Shown in pieces: positions 20,108 through 23,026 of a DNA stretch of 23,026 nt. The position numbers and the translations under genes are program-made. The stretch is from Octopus sinensis (taxonomy: Eukaryota). A model generated the notes under the pieces. That model searched no databases, was not told the DNA's origin, and saw only the letters and a program-made list of their open reading frames with translations. How positions within the stretch are numbered: the stretch's first letter is position 1; each line of letters opens with the position of its first letter. The DNA is taken from NCBI RefSeq assembly GCF_006345805.1, contig NW_021836713.1:1-23026 (forward strand). Reading direction: 5' to 3'.

Positions 20108-20252
20108 ACCGATGCGTTGAAGTTACGAATCTCACTTTGCAACCTCATGGTTTCCGGTTCAGATTCCACGTTGCGGCACCTTGGTGGAGTGTCTCCGATT
20201 AGAGTCCCACGCAATCCATTGCTTTTTGAGTGAATTTGGTCGACAGAAACTG
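20108..20252 (+). mobile_element. Degraded family S SINE head
   Basis: catggtttccggttcagattccacgttgcggcaccttggtggagtgtct..ttttgagtgaatttggtcgacagaaactg. Confidence 0.65.
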
Positions 20253-20263
20253 TCGACTAATTC

Positions 20264-20475
20264 GAGCTGGCAGAATCGTTACCACACTGGACACAATGCT
20301 TAGCAGCATTTCGTTCGTCTTTACGTACTGAGTTCAAATTACGTCGGGGTCGGCTTTGCATTTCATCTTTTCGAAGTGGTTAAAATAAGTACCAGTTGAG
20401 TACTGAGGTCGACGTAATTAACTAGCCCACCACCCCTAAAATTTGAGGCCTTGTGACTGTAGTAGAAAAGGGTTA
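20264..20475 (+). mobile_element. Family G copy ending in (ATT)n
   Basis: gagctggcagaatcgtt..ctgagttcaaatt..cccctaaaatttgaggccttgtgactgtagtagaaaagggttattatt. Confidence 0.85.
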
Positions 20476-20481
20476 TTATTA

Positions 20482-20539
<58 letters not shown>

Positions 20540-20547
20540 CATCATTA

Positions 20548-21091
20548 TTTTTTTTTTCTTCTTTCAAATTTTCTTCCATTTCTTGCCGAGTGTCTTCCCG
20601 ACTCCTAGGGCAAAGAAACTCATAGTATACATTGTTAGGCCATTAAACCAAACTCAATAGTTCGTTCATTTTTTTTTTTTTTAAGTTAAATTAAAATACA
20701 TGAGCAGCAACAGTTCTCACATCGACAATACTCTTCTCAATACGTGTGATGTACCAGTTAAGACAATCTTTTGCACTTCTTGCAGGGATGGTAAGCCAGG
20801 GATCATTCTCATATAATTTTCGGTTCCCTTCTTGATCATTCCTAGTGCTCCTACGATCACTGGTATTGTAACCGCCTTGAGATGCCACATTTTCTCAATT
20901 TCATGATAGGTCTTATATTTTCTGAGCTTGTCAAACTCTTTCGCTGAGATATTATGATCACAGGGGATGCTCATGTCGATCAATAAGCAAACTTTATTGT
21001 TTTGGTCTTTCACAACAATATCTGGTTTATTGGCCTTGATGGTTCGGTCTGTATGTACTGGAAAGTCCCACAGAATCGTTACATTTTCTGT
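20548..21091 (-). mobile_element. 5'-truncated RLE-type LINE (R4/Dong-like): endonuclease C-terminus, 3' UTR and A-rich end, between (TAA)n tracts
   Basis: ENVTILWDFPVHTDRTIKANKPDIVVKDQNNKVCLLIDMSIP..KEFDKLRKYK..IEKMWHLKAVTIPVIVGALGMI..VLTGTSHVLRRVLSM* (stop at 20717) carries the PD..D..K RLE motif. On the element strand there is (TAA)n at both ends. Confidence 0.9.
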
Positions 21092-21114
21092 TATTATTAT
21101 TATTATTATTATTA

Positions 21115-21153
<39 letters not shown>

Positions 21154-21240
21154 GGTGGAATCGTTAGCACACCAGCTCCCCCAAAATTGATAGCCGTGTG
21201 TCAAAATTTAGAAGCATCATTATCATTGTGCATGGATTGA

Positions 21241-21429
21241 CATTTCGCAAGGTTCACAAACAGCAGGTCGGCCCATGCAGTTGCCGTGTGCTAACCGAAA
21301 GATCGGAAATGGCCACATGGAAGGCCTCAACGATGGGAAGACGATTTAGTCAAGCAATCTGGGTCAAGATGGAAAAGAATGACACAATCAAGTCAGAATT
21401 GGAATTGCACAGTGACCAGCGGTGTATAA
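21241..21429 (+). mobile_element. RTE-like LINE ORF C-terminal remnant
   Basis: Frame 1 reads HFARFTNSRSAHAVAVC*PKDRKWPHGRPQRWEDDLVK, matching the post-RT GH.AR....RW...V.EW.P...KR..GRP..RW.DD motif of RTE-type LINEs. Confidence 0.72.
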
Positions 21430-21449
21430 CTGTACCTGATGGCTTGGTC

Positions 21450-21609
21450 GTGGCTGTGTGGTAAGTAGCTTGCTAACCAACCACATGGTTCCGGGTTCAG
21501 TCCCACTGCATGGTATCTTGGGCAAGTGTCTTCTGCTATAGCCCCGGGCCGACCAATGCCTTGTGAGTAGATTTGGTAGACGGAAACTGAAAGAAGCCTG
21601 TCGTATATA

Positions 21610-21642
<33 letters not shown>

Positions 21643-21866
21643 GTATTTGTGTGTTTGTGTGTCTGTGTTTGTCCCCCTAGCATTACTTGACAACCGATGC
21701 CGGTGTGTTTACGTCCCCGTCACTTAGCGGTTCGGCAAAAAGTGACCGATAGAATAAGTACTAGGCTTACAAAAAATAAGTCCTTGGGTCGATTTGCTCG
21801 ACTAAATGCGGTGCTCCAGCATGGCCCGCAGTCAAATGACTGAAACAAGTAAAAGAGTAAAGAGTA
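21450..21866 (+). mobile_element. Full-length family S SINE
   Basis: Near-identical to 6410-6824. Confidence 0.9.
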
Positions 21867-22120
21867 TAGTAACAAGAGCTGTATTCTGACAAATAAGTGG
21901 AGCCAACGTTTAAAAGATCAAACGCAAGAATAAGCTATAACGAAGTACTACATTTAATTATTAATAACAGAGGCAGTATCAATACCGAGAAGTAATATTT
22001 ATCCCTTCTTAAAAGTGGATGTTCTATTGGAACAAACTATACTGCGTTAGATACCATGAGAGAACATATATTGACTTTTGGTGCAAATTGCACTCTTGTT
22101 TATATCATTAGCCGGAATAT

Positions 22121-22501
22121 GGAAGCACTCCGTCGGTTACGACGACGAGGGTTCCGGTTGATCCGAATCAACGGAACAGCCTGCTCGTGAAATTAACGTG
22201 TAAGTGGCTGAGCACTCCACAGACACGTGTACCCTTAACGTAGTTCTCGGTGATATTCAGCGTGACACAGAGAGTGACAAGGCCGGCCCTTTGAAATACA
22301 GGTACAACAGAAACAGGAAGTAAGAGTGAGAGAAAGTTGTGGTGAAAGAGTACAGCAGGTATCACCACCATCCCCTGCCGGAGCCTCGTGGTGCTTTAGG
22401 TGTTTTCGCTCAATAAACACTCACAACGCCCGGTCTGGGAATCGAAACCGCGATCCTATGACCGCGAGTCCGCTGCCCTAACCACTGGGCCATTGCGCCT
22501 C
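22121..22501 (-). mobile_element. tRNA-headed SINE (head H2 + tail T1) with a 14-15-bp target-site duplication
   Basis: Minus head ggaggcgcaatggcccagtggttaggg..gtttcgattccc. TSD cattagccggaatat at 22106-22120 and 22502-22516. The tail matches 4369-4551. Confidence 0.92.
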
Positions 22502-22918
22502 CATTAGCCGGAATATAAATCTCCAAAACCTCCAACAGGGATTCGTGTCGGCGTAGCTCATCGATGTTCTGCCCTTTTCGTAGTAGCCCACGCCTCACTT
22601 ACTCATACGAACACAGGTAGGGCGGTGCTATAGAACAGGTATTTTATTAAATGGCATTAAAATATTTTACTGCTAAACGCTTCATTCAGAAGATAATACA
22701 GTGAGAGGTCTAGAAAGATCGGTTCTAGTTGGAACTGCAGGGAAACTGTAAAACAAACAAACAATAAAAGAAACAAAATTAAGAAAATAAAACAAAACTA
22801 TATATATATATTTAAGTATTCATTTATGCATATATATGTTCATTTATGTGTGTGCGCATGTATTTGTGAATGTATATGTTGTGTGTATGTATATATATTA
22901 TATATTATATATATAATA

Positions 22919-22958
<40 letters not shown>

Positions 22959-22960
22959 TA

Positions 22961-23012
<52 letters not shown>

Positions 23013-23026
23013 ATCATATAGGGTGG

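Overview
AT-rich eukaryotic non-coding DNA that is saturated with microsatellites and transposon debris. The repeat landscape looks like a coleoid cephalopod (octopus-type) genome, but this is pattern recognition and not a database result. I find no credible host protein-coding exon; nearly all ORFs in the supplied track are artefacts of (TA)n, (CA)n, (GAT)n or (TAA)n repeats. The window holds four dead Tc1/mariner elements of different lineages, two RLE-endonuclease (R4/Dong-like) LINE fragments in or beside (TAA)n arrays, an RTE-like LINE tail, and about 15 tRNA-headed SINE-like copies in several families. The most unusual part is 1.45-3.4 kb. It contains two type I hammerhead-ribozyme folds: one in a ~355-bp 1.5-mer direct repeat that looks like a retrozyme or Penelope pLTR, and one with a long stem II inside an interleaved inverted-repeat element. 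A ~240-bp foldback palindrome lies between them. Each hammerhead deviates from consensus in or next to the core, so activity is unproven.
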